Below are positions 35,701 through 36,705 of a stretch of DNA of 36,705 nucleotides, piece by piece. Source of the stretch: a virus (Duplodnaviria > Heunggongvirae > Uroviricota > Caudoviricetes); the IMG/VR virus record IMGVR_UViG_2693429677_000015; one strand, written 5' to 3'. The notes below the pieces were generated by a model, which did not search any database, was not told where the DNA came from, and saw only the letters and a list, made by a program, of their open reading frames with translations. Each line of letters begins with the position of its first letter. The first letter of the stretch is position 1. The translations under genes were made by a program, and so were the position numbers.

Positions 35701-36705
35701 ATGTCAATTAAGAAGCTCGAAGATGGTCGTTATTTGCTGGACATCAGGCCGAACGGACGCAAGGGAAAGCGCGTGCGTAAGGTATTTGACAAAAAATCGG
35801 TAGCGGTGGCCACTGAACGCTACATCATGGCGAACGCTGAAAAGCGGGAATATATACAGGGCTACCGTGATCGCCGAACGCTAAATGATTTGCTTGAGTT
35901 GTGGTGGATGTATCACGGTCAACACAGGCGTAAGGCGGAAGAAGACCGAAAACAACTGTGCAACATAATCAATGAGCTTGGCGCTGATATGCAGGCTGTG
36001 GATCTTGATAAGCTGAAAATTATCGCGTGGCGTTCTCAAAAGATAGCTGCTGGATTGAAACCGTCATCTGCTAACAGGTACATGAACCGACTATCCGGCA
36101 TGTTTACTGTTCTGAAAAGAATAGGCCTTTGGGATGCAGAACATCCGGTAAGGGGAATTTCTATTCTTTATGTATCCCCGCGAGAAATGGCTTTCCTGTC
36201 CCAGAAGGAAGTAGCGCTATTGCTCGATACACTGGAGGGCGACTACTGGCGTGTTGCGCTTTTGTGTTTAAGCACAGGGGCGCGCTGGAGTGAAGCTTGT
36301 AAGCTTCGTGGTGAACAGATAGTTCATAACCGTGTAACGTTTCTTGAAACCAAAAATGGCCGGAAGAGAACGGTGCCAATTTCACAGGCGGTTTGTGAGG
36401 CGATCAGAACCAGAGAAACAGGCAACTTGTTTGAGGTGAAGTACCGGGAATTCTGCCTAGCGCTGAAAAGGGTTAAGCCCGATTTGCCAAAAGGCCAGGC
36501 TGCGCATGTGCTGCGGCATACGTTCGCCAGCCATTTTGTGATGAACGGAGGAAACATTATTGCGCTTCAGAAGATTCTTGGCCACGCAACCATTCAGCAA
36601 ACAATGGCATATGCACATTTTGCACCGGATTACCTGCAGGATGCGGTGGCCCTTAATCCGCTGAAAGGTGGCGTGAGTGTCCACGCAGTGTCCACGGGGG
36701 ATTAA
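35701..36705 (+). CDS. int: Tyrosine recombinase / phage integrase
   Basis: ATG at 35701 with GGAGGG 7 nt upstream (the 35686 start of the track is TTG); C-terminal catalytic region ...GARWSEA...HVLRHTFASHF...ILGHATIQQTMAYAHF...; stop is the last codon of the window. Confidence 0.9.
   Translation: MSIKKLEDGRYLLDIRPNGRKGKRVRKVFDKKSVAVATERYIMANAEKREYIQGYRDRRTLNDLLELWWMYHGQHRRKAEEDRKQLCNIINELGADMQAVDLDKLKIIAWRSQKIAAGLKPSSANRYMNRLSGMFTVLKRIGLWDAEHPVRGISILYVSPREMAFLSQKEVALLLDTLEGDYWRVALLCLSTGARWSEACKLRGEQIVHNRVTFLETKNGRKRTVPISQAVCEAIRTRETGNLFEVKYREFCLALKRVKPDLPKGQAAHVLRHTFASHFVMNGGNIIALQKILGHATIQQTMAYAHFAPDYLQDAVALNPLKGGVSVHAVSTGD

Larger units (their letters stand above)
3573..36705. mobile_element. 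P2-like (Peduovirinae-type) myovirus prophage, apparently intact; left boundary approximate, right att beyond the window
   Basis: Contiguous P2-type modules: int, C, cox, replication A, ogr, portal, terminase, scaffold, capsid, small terminase, sheath, tube, tape measure, W/J/I baseplate, tail fibre and tfa; no internal stops or frameshifts seen in structural genes. Confidence 0.85.

Noticed and set aside
1-36705. CRISPR arrays, IS elements and transposases
   Set aside because: No regularly spaced short repeats and no transposase-like ORFs seen on either strand; the only mobile element supported is the prophage

Overview
The window holds about 3.5 kb of enterobacterial chromosome followed by a ~33-kb, apparently intact P2-like (Peduovirinae-type) myovirus prophage running from ~3.57 kb to the right edge. 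The chromosomal part carries flk, an AT-rich islet (a secreted Cys-repeat gene split at an A7 tract, a zinc-ribbon membrane protein gene) and a hok-family type I toxin gene that is absent from the ORF track. The prophage ends with a C-type repressor and a tyrosine integrase, so the att site is expected just beyond the window. Prophage order, right to left: int, C | cox, early ORFans, replication gene A, parM, parR, orf, rrf2-like | ogr, portal Q, terminase P (plus strand) | scaffold O, capsid N, small terminase M, L, tail completion, sheath, tube, holin, M15 endolysin, chaperone E/E', tape measure, W, J, I, tail fibre H, tfa, a second fibre module, and a terminal hub/spike-like gene. The most notable observations are an R1-type parMRC partition locus with upstream dyad repeats inside the integrative prophage, a -1 frameshift site joining the tail chaperone to the tape-measure start, two tail-fibre modules, a lysis cassette embedded in the tail operon, and a candidate cos site beside the portal gene. 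All calls rest on reading the sequence and on recalled family signatures; no database search was run.
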